This document shows positions 43,913 through 52,241 of a DNA stretch of 64,000 nt, in pieces (position 1 is the first letter of the stretch; the number at the start of each line of letters is the position of its first letter). The notes under the pieces were generated by a model, which saw nothing but the letters and a program-made list of their open reading frames with translations, was not told the DNA's origin and searched no databases. Origin of the DNA: a virus (lineage: Duplodnaviria; Caudoviricetes); the IMG/VR virus record IMGVR_UViG_2862413135_000001, positions 234 through 64,233 of that record. The stretch is one strand, 5' to 3'. The position numbers were made by a program, and so were the translations under genes.

Positions 43913-44197
43913 TCAGGCGGCGCCTTGGGCGCGGTTTCGCGCAGCTTCCGCAAGAACGCGCTCGGTGACGTCGATCCATTGGCCGGGCGGTTCTTCGCCT
44001 CGGGCTTCGGCTGCAGCGATCTCTTGACCGCGCCGCACGGCATCGAGGGTGCGCTGCGCGATGCCCTGCCATTTGGTGAAGACCTGTAGGAGTTCGTGCG
44101 CCGGCGCACGGTTGATCTCGCCGAGGAAGCGTTGGGCGAGGTCAGGGTTGCCGAGGGCGTCACGGATCGACTCGATGGTCCACGGCTGCTCGCTCAT
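43913..44197 (-). CDS. putative antitoxin
   Basis: 94 aa helical, WTIESIRDAL; immediately upstream of RelE-like ORF. Confidence 0.45.
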   Translation of the reverse strand: MSEQPWTIESIRDALGNPDLAQRFLGEINRAPAHELLQVFTKWQGIAQRTLDAVRRGQEIAAAEARGEEPPGQWIDVTERVLAEAARNRAQGAA

Positions 44198-44208
44198 CCC
44201 GGCCTCCC

Positions 44209-44228
44209 GGAGGGTAGTACTACCCTCC
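44209..44228. promoter_or_regulatory. palindrome upstream of putative TA pair
   Basis: Perfect 20-bp GGAGGGTAGTACTACCCTCC. Confidence 0.55.
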
Positions 44229-44351
44229 CGAGACTATCGCTTCAGCGGTATCGGTCCGGTACCGCTATTGCAGATTCGATATCGGCGATCCGAGTACCGG
44301 GATGGCCCTGTCCGACGTCCTACGCGCCCTCCTGTTCGCGAGCGGCTGTGG

Positions 44352-44567
44352 TCATCTCGTCCGTTCGATGGCCCGGCAGTCCAGGTTGTCGGCTTCCATC
44401 TCGATGGCGATGGCGACGGCGTCGAGGCTGTAGTCCGGGTCGTCGGCGAGCATCCGGCAGGATGCGGCGATGGCCCGCAGCAGTTCGACGACGGCGTCGG
44501 CGGCGAGGTAGGCCTGCCCGTCGGTGGAGGTGGCGATGGGGAGGCGGCTGGTGGCGTGCTCGGTCAT
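44352..44567 (-). CDS. hypothetical protein
   Basis: MTEHATSRLPI, coupled to upstream gene. Confidence 0.55.
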   Translation of the reverse strand: MTEHATSRLPIATSTDGQAYLAADAVVELLRAIAASCRMLADDPDYSLDAVAIAIEMEADNLDCRAIERTR

Positions 44568-45181
44568 GCGGCCCGCCTCTCCGCCATGGGCAGCTTGCGC
44601 AGTTCCTGCAGCGCGTACTGGGCTCCGCAGGCGTCGCACTTCTTGCCGGGGCTCTCCAGCGTGATCCGCAGGATGGTGCCGCATTCGCAGATGACGCCGA
44701 ACCGTCGGGCCGGCCGCTCGCCGCCGGTGGCCGCCTCGCACTGCCGGCGCAGCTGGTAGACCTCGAGCGCGAACTCTTCGAACGCGGGGTGCGCTTCGGC
44801 CGCCCAGGGCAGCAGGACCCGCAGCCGGTTGACGACCTGGTCGCACTGCTGCTGAAGGTCGCCGCTCCAGCGGGGGTGCCGGTAGGCGAGCGCCTCGTGC
44901 CAGTCGACGAGCCACGTCTGCAGGATGGTGACGACGCCGCCGCGGGCCGCGAGCGACAGCGGGCCCATCCGCACCGGCGTGGGTGCTTCACGGCTGCCGG
45001 AGACGACGGGCCCGCCGCTGCTGCTGCCGGGGCGGAGGCTGTCGGAGAGGCGCGAGTAGAGGCCGTCGGCGCCGGCGAGCGCCCGGAGAGCGGCATCGAC
45101 GCGCTCGGTGCAGGGTCGGCAAGCCTGGTGGCCGAGTTCGTCCTCGTAGAAGTCGCTGTGGCAGACGGTGCAGGCGTTCAC
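44564..45181 (-). CDS. Zn-ribbon protein, putative late-gene regulator
   Basis: CTVC..CRPC N-terminus, CECG..CDACG C-terminus; end of early operon. Confidence 0.6.
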   Translation of the reverse strand: MNACTVCHSDFYEDELGHQACRPCTERVDAALRALAGADGLYSRLSDSLRPGSSSGGPVVSGSREAPTPVRMGPLSLAARGGVVTILQTWLVDWHEALAYRHPRWSGDLQQQCDQVVNRLRVLLPWAAEAHPAFEEFALEVYQLRRQCEAATGGERPARRFGVICECGTILRITLESPGKKCDACGAQYALQELRKLPMAERRAA

Positions 45182-45222
45182 GGCGGGGCTCCTTGGTGCG
45201 GGCGTGCGGGCGGGGCGGTGGG

Positions 45223-45480
45223 TCAGGCGGCGCGGGCTGGCTGGTCGAGTTCGAGTTCGTCGAAGCGGATGAGGCGCCGGTGGAGTGCGATGGCGACGGC
45301 GTGGGTGCGGGACCGTGCTTCGAGGCGGACGCAGACTTCCTTGAGCCGCAGGTGGACGCCCTGCTCGGTGGTGCCGAGGCGGTGGGCGATCTGGCGGCTG
45401 GTGTAGCCGGATGCGGCGAGGCGGAGCGCTGCGAGCTGGCCGTCGCTGAGGGGCTGGCCGGGCTGACTGGGGCTCCTCAC
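45223..45480 (-). CDS. LuxR-type HTH protein
   Basis: LSDGQLAALRLAASGYTSRQIAHRL...LEARSRTHAV. Confidence 0.82.
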   Translation of the reverse strand: MRSPSQPGQPLSDGQLAALRLAASGYTSRQIAHRLGTTEQGVHLRLKEVCVRLEARSRTHAVAIALHRRLIRFDELELDQPARAA

Positions 45481-45641
45481 GGCCGCCTCCCGGCTTGCCT
45501 GGTTGCTTTCTCGTCAGCGGCGGCGAGGCGGCGCAGGGCGCGTTCGATGACGGCGGCCCGGACTTGGCCGGCGAACGGGCCGGCGAGAAGGCGCTCCGAT
45601 TCGGGGGTGAGGAGTTCTCGGGCGGTGGGGCGGCGGGTCAC
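45477..45641 (-). CDS. hypothetical protein
   Basis: Coupled small ORF VTRRPTARELL. Confidence 0.45.
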   Translation of the reverse strand: MTRRPTARELLTPESERLLAGPFAGQVRAAVIERALRRLAAADEKATRQAGRRP

Positions 45642-45753
45642 AGGTACTCCGGGGGTACGTCGACGGTGTGGATGCGGGGTTCGTCGGGTTCGTTGGGGGG
45701 TTCGTCGTCCCAGGCCCAGCCGGGGATTTCCTCGGTGGCCCAGTGCTCGGCGG

Positions 45754-46119
45754 TCACGGCTGGCCGTCCGGGGTGCCGAGGACCGCGCGGGCGACAACGA
45801 GGGCGTGGGGGTCGGGGCCGATCTCGCGGGCGTCGCGGGCGGCGGACTCAAGCCAGTCGGCGAGGGCGGTTCCGATGCCGGGGTGCATGGTGGCGATCCA
45901 GTCGGCGTCGGCGGTGTCGCATTCGGCGCGCTGCTCGCTGGCCTCCGGCTCCCATGTGGCGATGGCGTAAGTCCACTCAGCGATCGGGTCGATACCGGAT
46001 GGGCTCTTGACCTCGTACTGCTGCTCGCTCCAGGAGGTAGCCCAAGGCGCTCCGGTGGTCTCGGCGGTCAGGTCGCGGATCTTCTTCGCTGCTGCTCGGA
46101 GTTCGTCGGCGGGTGTCAC
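45754..46119 (-). CDS. hypothetical phage protein
   Basis: TGAPW...DADWIATMHP..GTALADWL. Confidence 0.65.
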   Translation of the reverse strand: MTPADELRAAAKKIRDLTAETTGAPWATSWSEQQYEVKSPSGIDPIAEWTYAIATWEPEASEQRAECDTADADWIATMHPGIGTALADWLESAARDAREIGPDPHALVVARAVLGTPDGQP

Positions 46120-46147
46120 GGCTGGCCTTTCGGGTCGGGCGTGCGGC

Positions 46148-46636
46148 TCAGGCGGTAATGACGTAGATCGCGAGGCCCGCGTCGCTGGCTTGACGCATGC
46201 AGTTGCGGGTGCCGTAGGACGGGCCAGTCGGGGCGGGGAAGGCGACCATCCAGTCGGGACGTGGCAGCTTGGCGACCATGAGGCCGTTGCGGCGGGGCCC
46301 GGCGGTCGGGCAGTAGTCGGGCAGCAGGCCCGGGTGTGCGGTGTCGCCGGAGGCTTTGCGTCGCCGGTGGCCTGGTGCGGGCGGGCAGTCGGGTGCGCAG
46401 TGGTCCCAGTCGGCCGGCATGGGGTCTTCGGTGATGCCGTAGCGGGTGCCGTACTCGCGGATCCAGTCGGCGGCGGCCTGGTCGGCGGAGCGTTCGCCGG
46501 GGCATGCGCCGTGGCGGACGATGACGGGCCCTTCGGCGATGTTGAGGGCGATGTCGGCGAGGGTGCCGGGGACGATGCCGGGTTCGGGGAGTTCGCGGGA
46601 TCCGGCGAGGAGGATGATCAGCGGGCTGACGGTCAC
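46148..46636 (-). CDS. YspA-like SLOG family protein (DUF2493-like)
   Basis: AGSR, HGAC..SAD, PADW, AGPRRNGLMV, GTRNCM. Confidence 0.8.
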   Translation of the reverse strand: MTVSPLIILLAGSRELPEPGIVPGTLADIALNIAEGPVIVRHGACPGERSADQAAADWIREYGTRYGITEDPMPADWDHCAPDCPPAPGHRRRKASGDTAHPGLLPDYCPTAGPRRNGLMVAKLPRPDWMVAFPAPTGPSYGTRNCMRQASDAGLAIYVITA

Positions 46637-46699
46637 AGTGGTCTCCTGGTTGGGGGCCGCCCCGGGTGGGGGCGGCCGTGGGGCAGGGTCAGGCGGGGG

Positions 46700-47167
46700 T
46701 CAGCCCCAGTCGGAGCAGAGGACCCACTGCGGGCGCTCCTGAGTGGGCGTGACACCAAGAGCAGCGAGAGCGGCGCGGAGCTTGTCGTCCCAGTCGGGCG
46801 GGACGGTGCCGAGTTCGGCGGGGTCGAAGAGGTGCGGGCTGCCGCGCCAGGCGGTCGTGGAGTGGGCGGCCAGTACCCACATCGGGTACTCGGAGGAGCA
46901 GTGGCTGACGAGCTTCACGCCGAGCTGCGCTTCGGCTGCGTTCTTGCGGGCGCGGTAGCCGTCGACACGCCAGTCGGTTTCGGTGAAGTTCGCGATCTGG
47001 GCGAGGAGGCGGCGTTCGATGGCTTCCTCGAAGTCTTCGTCGCTCTCGGGGTCGTACCAGTCGAGGGTGGGCAGTTCGCCGTACTCGCCGAGGCCGTTGA
47101 TCTTCCAACCGTCTCCGCCGCCGAGGTCGTAGCCGTAGGCGAGGATCGCGTCTGTGGACATTCCCAT
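46700..47167 (-). CDS. hypothetical phage protein
   Basis: MGMSTDAILAYGYDLG; protein-like. Confidence 0.7.
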   Translation of the reverse strand: MGMSTDAILAYGYDLGGGDGWKINGLGEYGELPTLDWYDPESDEDFEEAIERRLLAQIANFTETDWRVDGYRARKNAAEAQLGVKLVSHCSSEYPMWVLAAHSTTAWRGSPHLFDPAELGTVPPDWDDKLRAALAALGVTPTQERPQWVLCSDWG

Positions 47168-47348
47168 GGGGCTTCCTTTCAGGGTTGAGGCTCTGAGCGC
47201 CGTTCTGCGTCTTCCGGCTCCTCGGGACCCGCGAACCGTGTTCGTGGCTCCTAGGGGCCGTCAGGGGCTTTCTCGGGCCTGTTCCGCCCCACCCCGGCCG
47301 CGACCATGCAGGCGGCGATCCCGGCCGGGAGGCAGACAGGCAGGACGG

Positions 47349-48455
47349 TCACGGCTGTTCGGTGATCGTGGTGGTGCGGGTGACGACCCGGTACTCGCGG
47401 CTGGGGAAGTACTCGCGGCCCATGGCGGCGCTCTCGTCTGCGTCCTCGCGGTCCTCGAAGTCGAGGCTGGGGTGGCTCGGCTTCCAGTCGGCGGTGTCGT
47501 TGTCGCGGAGCTGGACGCGGTAGCGGACGAAGAGTTCGACGAGCCGCGCCTCCCGTGTCTGGGTGTCGGGCTGCTCCCTGACGGCGGGCCGCTGCTGCTC
47601 CGTGCCGCGCCCACCCCCAAGAAGCGCCCGCGCTTCCGCCTGCGCTGCCCGGTAGCCCTCACCGAACGCGCCCTTGCCGACGTCGGACCACGACCAGATC
47701 AGCGCCCGGCCGATCCGCGCCGAGTCGGTCAGCCACGGCTCGGCGGGCTCCAGCAGCGTGCTGGCCGCATCCGGCTCCGCGCACTCGATCACCGAGCACG
47801 TGACGTAGCCGCCATTCCCGAGGAACAAGCTCGCCCGCCCGCAGGCAGGGCAGCGGCCCTTGACGAGCGGGAGCCCGGCGGCGAGCGGCGCGGTGGAGGC
47901 CGGCGTCTCGGCGGGCTTGTGGAGCTCGGGCCGGTCGCAGCAGACGTCGAAGCCGCCGTGGCAGGTGGACTCGGTCTTGCCGCTGGTCGGGCAGAAGTAC
48001 ATTCCCGCGCCCGGCTTGCAGACGTGTTCCGCCTGCGTCTCGGCGGGCTGTTCCTCGGCGGCCACATGGCTTCCGTCCGTCAGACAGCCGCAGCCCCAGC
48101 CGTGGGACTCGGGCGTCGGGCAGTGCACGTCGTGCTCGATGCCGACCTCGCACGAGGCGCAGCCAGCCAGGGCGCGCAGCTGCGCCGAGGCGTCGCGGCA
48201 CGGGCGGAACTTGTCCGGCTCCAGCACGCCATAGGCCTTCGCCTGCCGGGTCTCGGCGTCGATCTGGTCGGCGGCCCACAGCAGCAGCGTGGCCCGGTCG
48301 GCGGACACGACAGCAGACGGCGAGACCGCGGGCAGCACGCGGGCCAGGTGCTCGGCGACGGCCTGCCGCGTCCCCGGCGGCAGATGGTACGTAGTGCCCT
48401 GCAGCCCTTCGAGGGCGTCGTAGATGACGGCGGTCGGGTTGGTGGTGTGGTTCAC
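47349..48455 (-). CDS. mosaic Cys-rich hypothetical protein
   Basis: Several Cys clusters; RBS GGAGG. Confidence 0.6.
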   Translation of the reverse strand: MNHTTNPTAVIYDALEGLQGTTYHLPPGTRQAVAEHLARVLPAVSPSAVVSADRATLLLWAADQIDAETRQAKAYGVLEPDKFRPCRDASAQLRALAGCASCEVGIEHDVHCPTPESHGWGCGCLTDGSHVAAEEQPAETQAEHVCKPGAGMYFCPTSGKTESTCHGGFDVCCDRPELHKPAETPASTAPLAAGLPLVKGRCPACGRASLFLGNGGYVTCSVIECAEPDAASTLLEPAEPWLTDSARIGRALIWSWSDVGKGAFGEGYRAAQAEARALLGGGRGTEQQRPAVREQPDTQTREARLVELFVRYRVQLRDNDTADWKPSHPSLDFEDREDADESAAMGREYFPSREYRVVTRTTTITEQP

Positions 48456-48523
48456 GGGTCCTCCGTAAGGTGGGCCGGCCGGCCGGCCGCATAGCCCGCG
48501 GCCGGTCGGTCCTGCGTGGGTGG

Positions 48524-48874
48524 TCATGCGATGAGGGCTTCCTGCACGGCCTCGGCAGCCGGTTCCGACTGCGGATCCTCGACGAGCCGCGGCGGGTCGA
48601 ACTCGATGTGCGCAGTCGCCCAGCCCTGCTCCCGCATGTCGGCGAGCGTGAACAGGTTGGTCAGCACCTCGCCGCTCGGCCGGGTCCACGTCAGTCGGCC
48701 GTCGGGGTGGAGCGTGCAGTCGAACGGCGGCCGGCCCGGCTGGTGCACGCGGATCGGAGTCGGCTGGTCGGGCAGGACGATCACCTGCTCCTCCACCACC
48801 GCGGGCCCGGCCCCGGCCCCGGCCCCGGCCTGCTTGCCGCGGCAGTGCGGGCACATCTGCTCATGCCGGCTCAC
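48524..48874 (-). CDS. hypothetical protein
   Basis: Coupled ORF; DCTLHPDGRL. Confidence 0.5.
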   Translation of the reverse strand: MSRHEQMCPHCRGKQAGAGAGAGPAVVEEQVIVLPDQPTPIRVHQPGRPPFDCTLHPDGRLTWTRPSGEVLTNLFTLADMREQGWATAHIEFDPPRLVEDPQSEPAAEAVQEALIA

Positions 48875-49473
48875 GAGACACGCTCCTTCCGCGACTTCGT
48901 CAGCCCGTTCCGTTCGCAGATCCACCACGCATGCCGAAGGCTGCACTTGGCGCGGGCAGCTATCAGCTCGTAGGTCAGCCCGTACAAGCGGAGCTGGATC
49001 ACGGCCGCTTCCAGCTCGGCAGCCCTGACTCGTCTGGGCCGGTCGCCGGAGGCGGTGCGCTCGATGGCCATCTCGTCGATGTCGTGCTCGCCGCGGTTGC
49101 AGGTGCGGCAGTAGCGGCGGCCGTCGACGGTGGGGATGACGTCGTGGCCGTTGTGCCGGTACGTGAACTGCTTTTCGTTGTACGTCTTTTCGTTGACGTA
49201 CCGGCAGGCGCGGCAGTAGCGGACGCCGTCGGGGGTGAAGCGCAGGTTTTCGGTGTTGAGGCGGTGGCCGTGGGTGCAGAAGGCGGGGATGACCCGGTCG
49301 GCTTTGGCGCGCGGCTTGGGCGCGATCTCGCCGGGCTTGGGTGCTCCGGTGGCGGGGCGGCCGTGGTAGACCCAGCGGGTGTAGCAGGCGACGCAGTATC
49401 CGCGGCCTCGGTGGGCGGCGGTCTGGCCGCAGCAGGCGCAGATGATGGTGCGGCGGCGGGCGCGGTCGTTCAT
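48871..49473 (-). CDS. Zn-finger/HTH protein
   Basis: CACC, CVAC, CTHGH..CRAC, C-terminal HTH. Confidence 0.65.
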   Translation of the reverse strand: MNDRARRRTIICACCGQTAAHRGRGYCVACYTRWVYHGRPATGAPKPGEIAPKPRAKADRVIPAFCTHGHRLNTENLRFTPDGVRYCRACRYVNEKTYNEKQFTYRHNGHDVIPTVDGRRYCRTCNRGEHDIDEMAIERTASGDRPRRVRAAELEAAVIQLRLYGLTYELIAARAKCSLRHAWWICERNGLTKSRKERVS

Positions 49474-49952
49474 GCCTGCCTGCTGTCGGCCGCACCAGAC
49501 ACGGCAGAAGCGGCGGCGAGGGCCTGGCGCGCTTCGGCTGCCGCGACAGCCGGGTCGGGCCAGCAGAAGAGGCGGTCGACGCTGAGAGCGCTGATGGACT
49601 CCTGCCATCCCTCGGTGGTCCACGCGCGGCCACCGCCGGGCGCCATGGTGGAGACGGCCCATCCCGCGCCGTGGGCGGATGCCTGACGGCGGACCAGGAG
49701 GGTCGTGCCGCCGTCCTCGGGGACGTGGATGCGGTATTCGGTGGCGTCGGCGGCGAGCGCGCGGCCCGCAGCCAGCTCGGCGCGGGAGCGGCGGAGGTCG
49801 GCGACGAGCGCGGGCACGTCGGTGTCGGTGAGCTGACCGAAGTCGGGATGCGCGTTGGGGTCGATGGTGGCAGTGCGCTCGTACAGGCGCGCGGCGCGGG
49901 CTTCGATCTCGTCGAGCTGCTGGGTGGTGAGGGGTGTGTGCTGGTCGGTCAT
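49470..49952 (-). CDS. hypothetical phage protein
   Basis: LDEIEARAA...DVPALVA. Confidence 0.6.
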   Translation of the reverse strand: MTDQHTPLTTQQLDEIEARAARLYERTATIDPNAHPDFGQLTDTDVPALVADLRRSRAELAAGRALAADATEYRIHVPEDGGTTLLVRRQASAHGAGWAVSTMAPGGGRAWTTEGWQESISALSVDRLFCWPDPAVAAAEARQALAAASAVSGAADSRQA

Positions 49953-50013
49953 TACTGACTCCCGGGTAAGTAGTGATTTGGCTGGGGGCTGGTTGGGGTG
50001 GTGGCGGCAGGCG

Positions 50014-50457
50014 TCAGAGGTTGGCCGCGATGATCTTCGTGAGTTGCATGACGAAGCGGTCCCGCTCGTCCGCGGTCGCGTCGGGGTGGAAGGCGAAGTG
50101 CATGCGCACGAACGGCATCTCGGGGTCGTCGTCGCCGGTGCCCTGCGCGCCGAGCTGGAAGGTGTGTCCGTCGGGCTCCAGTCCGTCGGCGCCGAGATTG
50201 ACGGCCCACTCGGACACGTCGGCCGCGCCCTCGATCAGCGCATGGATCGCCGTAGCCGGCGCATCGAGGTCGCGGCATTCGAGCGCCTCGTCCCACGTGA
50301 GTCCGCCGTCGCCCTCCTCGGCACGTGTGCTGTCGATGTGGGCGTCGAGCATCGCGGCGAAGGTGGCGTTGGGGTGCTGGCGGCCACGGTGTGCGGAGAG
50401 TTGGCGGGCGGCTTCGGTGCGGAGGTCGTCGTCGGTGTAGGGGCGGTCGGTGTTCAC
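50014..50457 (-). CDS. hypothetical phage protein
   Basis: YTDDDLRTEAARQ; RBS AAGGA. Confidence 0.65.
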   Translation of the reverse strand: MNTDRPYTDDDLRTEAARQLSAHRGRQHPNATFAAMLDAHIDSTRAEEGDGGLTWDEALECRDLDAPATAIHALIEGAADVSEWAVNLGADGLEPDGHTFQLGAQGTGDDDPEMPFVRMHFAFHPDATADERDRFVMQLTKIIAANL

Positions 50458-50481
50458 GGTGGTGTCCTTCGGGTGGTGGGG

Positions 50482-50763
50482 TCAGGTGGCGGGGGTGGTG
50501 GTTTCGCGGAGGGCGGCGTCGAGGCGGGCTCTGTTGGCGGCGGCTTGTGCGGGGCTGGTGGGCATGCGTTGGGGTCGGTAGTCCTTGACGCGGCCGGTGG
50601 GGACGGCTTCGGCGTACAGCCGTTGGAGGCGGTCGGCGGGTGGGTAGCGCAGGGCGCGGCGGGCCTTCGCCACGGTGTCCGGGTGGCAGTGCAGGCGGTG
50701 AGCGATGGACTGGTTGGTGTGGCCTTCGCGGATGAGGGCGGCGATGTCGGCGCGGATCTTCAC
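50482..50763 (-). CDS. HTH protein
   Basis: LIREGHTNQSIAHRLHCHPDTVAKAR. Confidence 0.6.
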   Translation of the reverse strand: MKIRADIAALIREGHTNQSIAHRLHCHPDTVAKARRALRYPPADRLQRLYAEAVPTGRVKDYRPQRMPTSPAQAAANRARLDAALRETTTPAT

Positions 50764-51146
50764 GGTTGGGTCTCCTCGTTGGCGATCTTCAGGAGGACGG
50801 CGGCGTGGCAGTGGTCGGGCTGGCCGGGTTCGGGGAGGGGGCACCAGCAGGTGAGGTCGCGGCCGTGGAGGAGGGCGCGGAACAGGGTCCGGGTGGCGGC
50901 CTGTTCGGGCTGGTTGATCCACGACTGGTAGAGCTCGGTGGCGTATCGGCGGGCGTCGTGGCCGTCGGCGGGCCAGGTGCCGATGACGCCGCCGTTGGTG
51001 CCCCACTGGACGAGGAGGCCGTTGCGGTGGTCGCCGGCGGGGATGATGCGGGCCGGGTTGCCGAAGCGGGTGGGGCGGCCGACGTAGACGGCGCCTTCGG
51101 GTGACCGCCAGCCTGCGGTTCGGCGGCGTTGGATTCGTGTGGGCAT
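50760..51146 (-). CDS. DUF4326-like protein
   Basis: YVGRPTRFGNP...LHGRDLTCWC..CHAAVL. Confidence 0.85.
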   Translation of the reverse strand: MPTRIQRRRTAGWRSPEGAVYVGRPTRFGNPARIIPAGDHRNGLLVQWGTNGGVIGTWPADGHDARRYATELYQSWINQPEQAATRTLFRALLHGRDLTCWCPLPEPGQPDHCHAAVLLKIANEETQP

Positions 51147-51340
51147 CAGACGCTCCAGAGGGTGGGTTGCAGGGGTTGGAGTTCGAGTGCGGTTTGTCCG
51201 GGACTGATCTCGGCGGCCGGTGTGCGGACGGTCGGGGGTGGTCCGTTGAGGCGGCGGTGGCAGACGGGGCCGAGTCCGCGGGCGACCGAGACGGGGTCAC
51301 GGAGGGGCCGGCCGCAGGCGCAGGTGGCGGGGGCGGTCAC
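51146..51340 (-). CDS. DUF6011-like Zn-finger protein
   Basis: CACGRPLRDPVSVARGLGPVC. Confidence 0.7.
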   Translation of the reverse strand: MTAPATCACGRPLRDPVSVARGLGPVCHRRLNGPPPTVRTPAAEISPGQTALELQPLQPTLWSV

Positions 51341-51492
51341 TCGGGCTCCTTGGTGCGGGTGTTCCAGGCGGTGGTGCGTGCGTCGTGGGTGTCGATGTGG
51401 AGGCGTCGGCCGCGGGGGCTGGTGCAGCGGGATCCGGGCGGGGCGCCACACCACGGGCAGCGGACCTGCCAGGCGGGCGGGTTGCCGTTCAC
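51337..51492 (-). CDS. small Zn-finger protein
   Basis: VRCPWCGAPPGSRC...HDAR. Confidence 0.6.
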   Translation of the reverse strand: MNGNPPAWQVRCPWCGAPPGSRCTSPRGRRLHIDTHDARTTAWNTRTKEPE

Positions 51493-52241
51493 GGGGTGTC
51501 CTCGACGATCTCGGCGTCGGGAACGTCGGCGGTTTCGCGGGCGAGGTGTGCGGCGGACATCTGCCGGATCCGCTGCTCCTGCGCGGCGAGCTCCTCGGCC
51601 GTGGCTTCCGGTACGCCCTCAGCGGCCCGCAGACGGGCGCTGTGCGGCTTGAGGCGGGGTTTGCCGAGCGGCTGCCGGTCGTTGCCGCCAGGCGTCTTGC
51701 AGGGACGCCCCAGGGCGGCGTGACATGCGGGGCATTCGACGCCGAGCGGGCCGGTACGGCGCACCGTGTCGATCAACTCGGCAGCGGCGGCTTCCTCGTC
51801 GGAGTCCGGGACCCTCCGGTTGCCTTCCCAACCGCGGGCCTCCAGCTCCTCCATGAACTGCTTCTTCGGGCCGCCTTCCAGCGCGAGCCGGCCGGACGGC
51901 GCCGGGACACGGCCAGAGGCGATGGCTTGGACTTGTCCGCGGTAGCGGGCGATGAACTCTTCGGGGGTCTCGTCGCCGACGGGCTCGTACTGGAAGTTCT
52001 CCAACCGCGCGGACCGGATCTTGCTGCGGAGGGTGCGGACGTGGTGGGGCAGGATCCACAGCTTCCCGTCCGGGTCCTTCGGCGGTGTCGTGTAGTAGGC
52101 GGCGACGGCGGCCTTGGCGTCGGTGTCCAGCGGCACGTCGTGCAGGGCGGCGGCCCAGGCCATGGCTGCGGCGGTGGACGGCTTGCGGTTGTCGAACGCC
52201 GAGCAGTGGCCGAGGAGTTCGGCGGCTTCCTTCGGGTTCAT
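51489..52241 (-). CDS. replication accessory (helicase-loader-like) protein with Zn finger
   Basis: AFDNR...AWAAAL..DAKAAVAAYY; CPACHA..GRPC..H; follows initiator. Confidence 0.6.
   Translation of the reverse strand: MNPKEAAELLGHCSAFDNRKPSTAAAMAWAAALHDVPLDTDAKAAVAAYYTTPPKDPDGKLWILPHHVRTLRSKIRSARLENFQYEPVGDETPEEFIARYRGQVQAIASGRVPAPSGRLALEGGPKKQFMEELEARGWEGNRRVPDSDEEAAAAELIDTVRRTGPLGVECPACHAALGRPCKTPGGNDRQPLGKPRLKPHSARLRAAEGVPEATAEELAAQEQRIRQMSAAHLARETADVPDAEIVEDTP

Noticed and set aside
32600-44300. Independent nested AICE or integrated plasmid
   Set aside because: No integrase, RepSA/RepAM or rolling-circle Rep and no flanking att-like direct repeats seen in the block. A decayed insertion cannot be fully excluded without comparative data.
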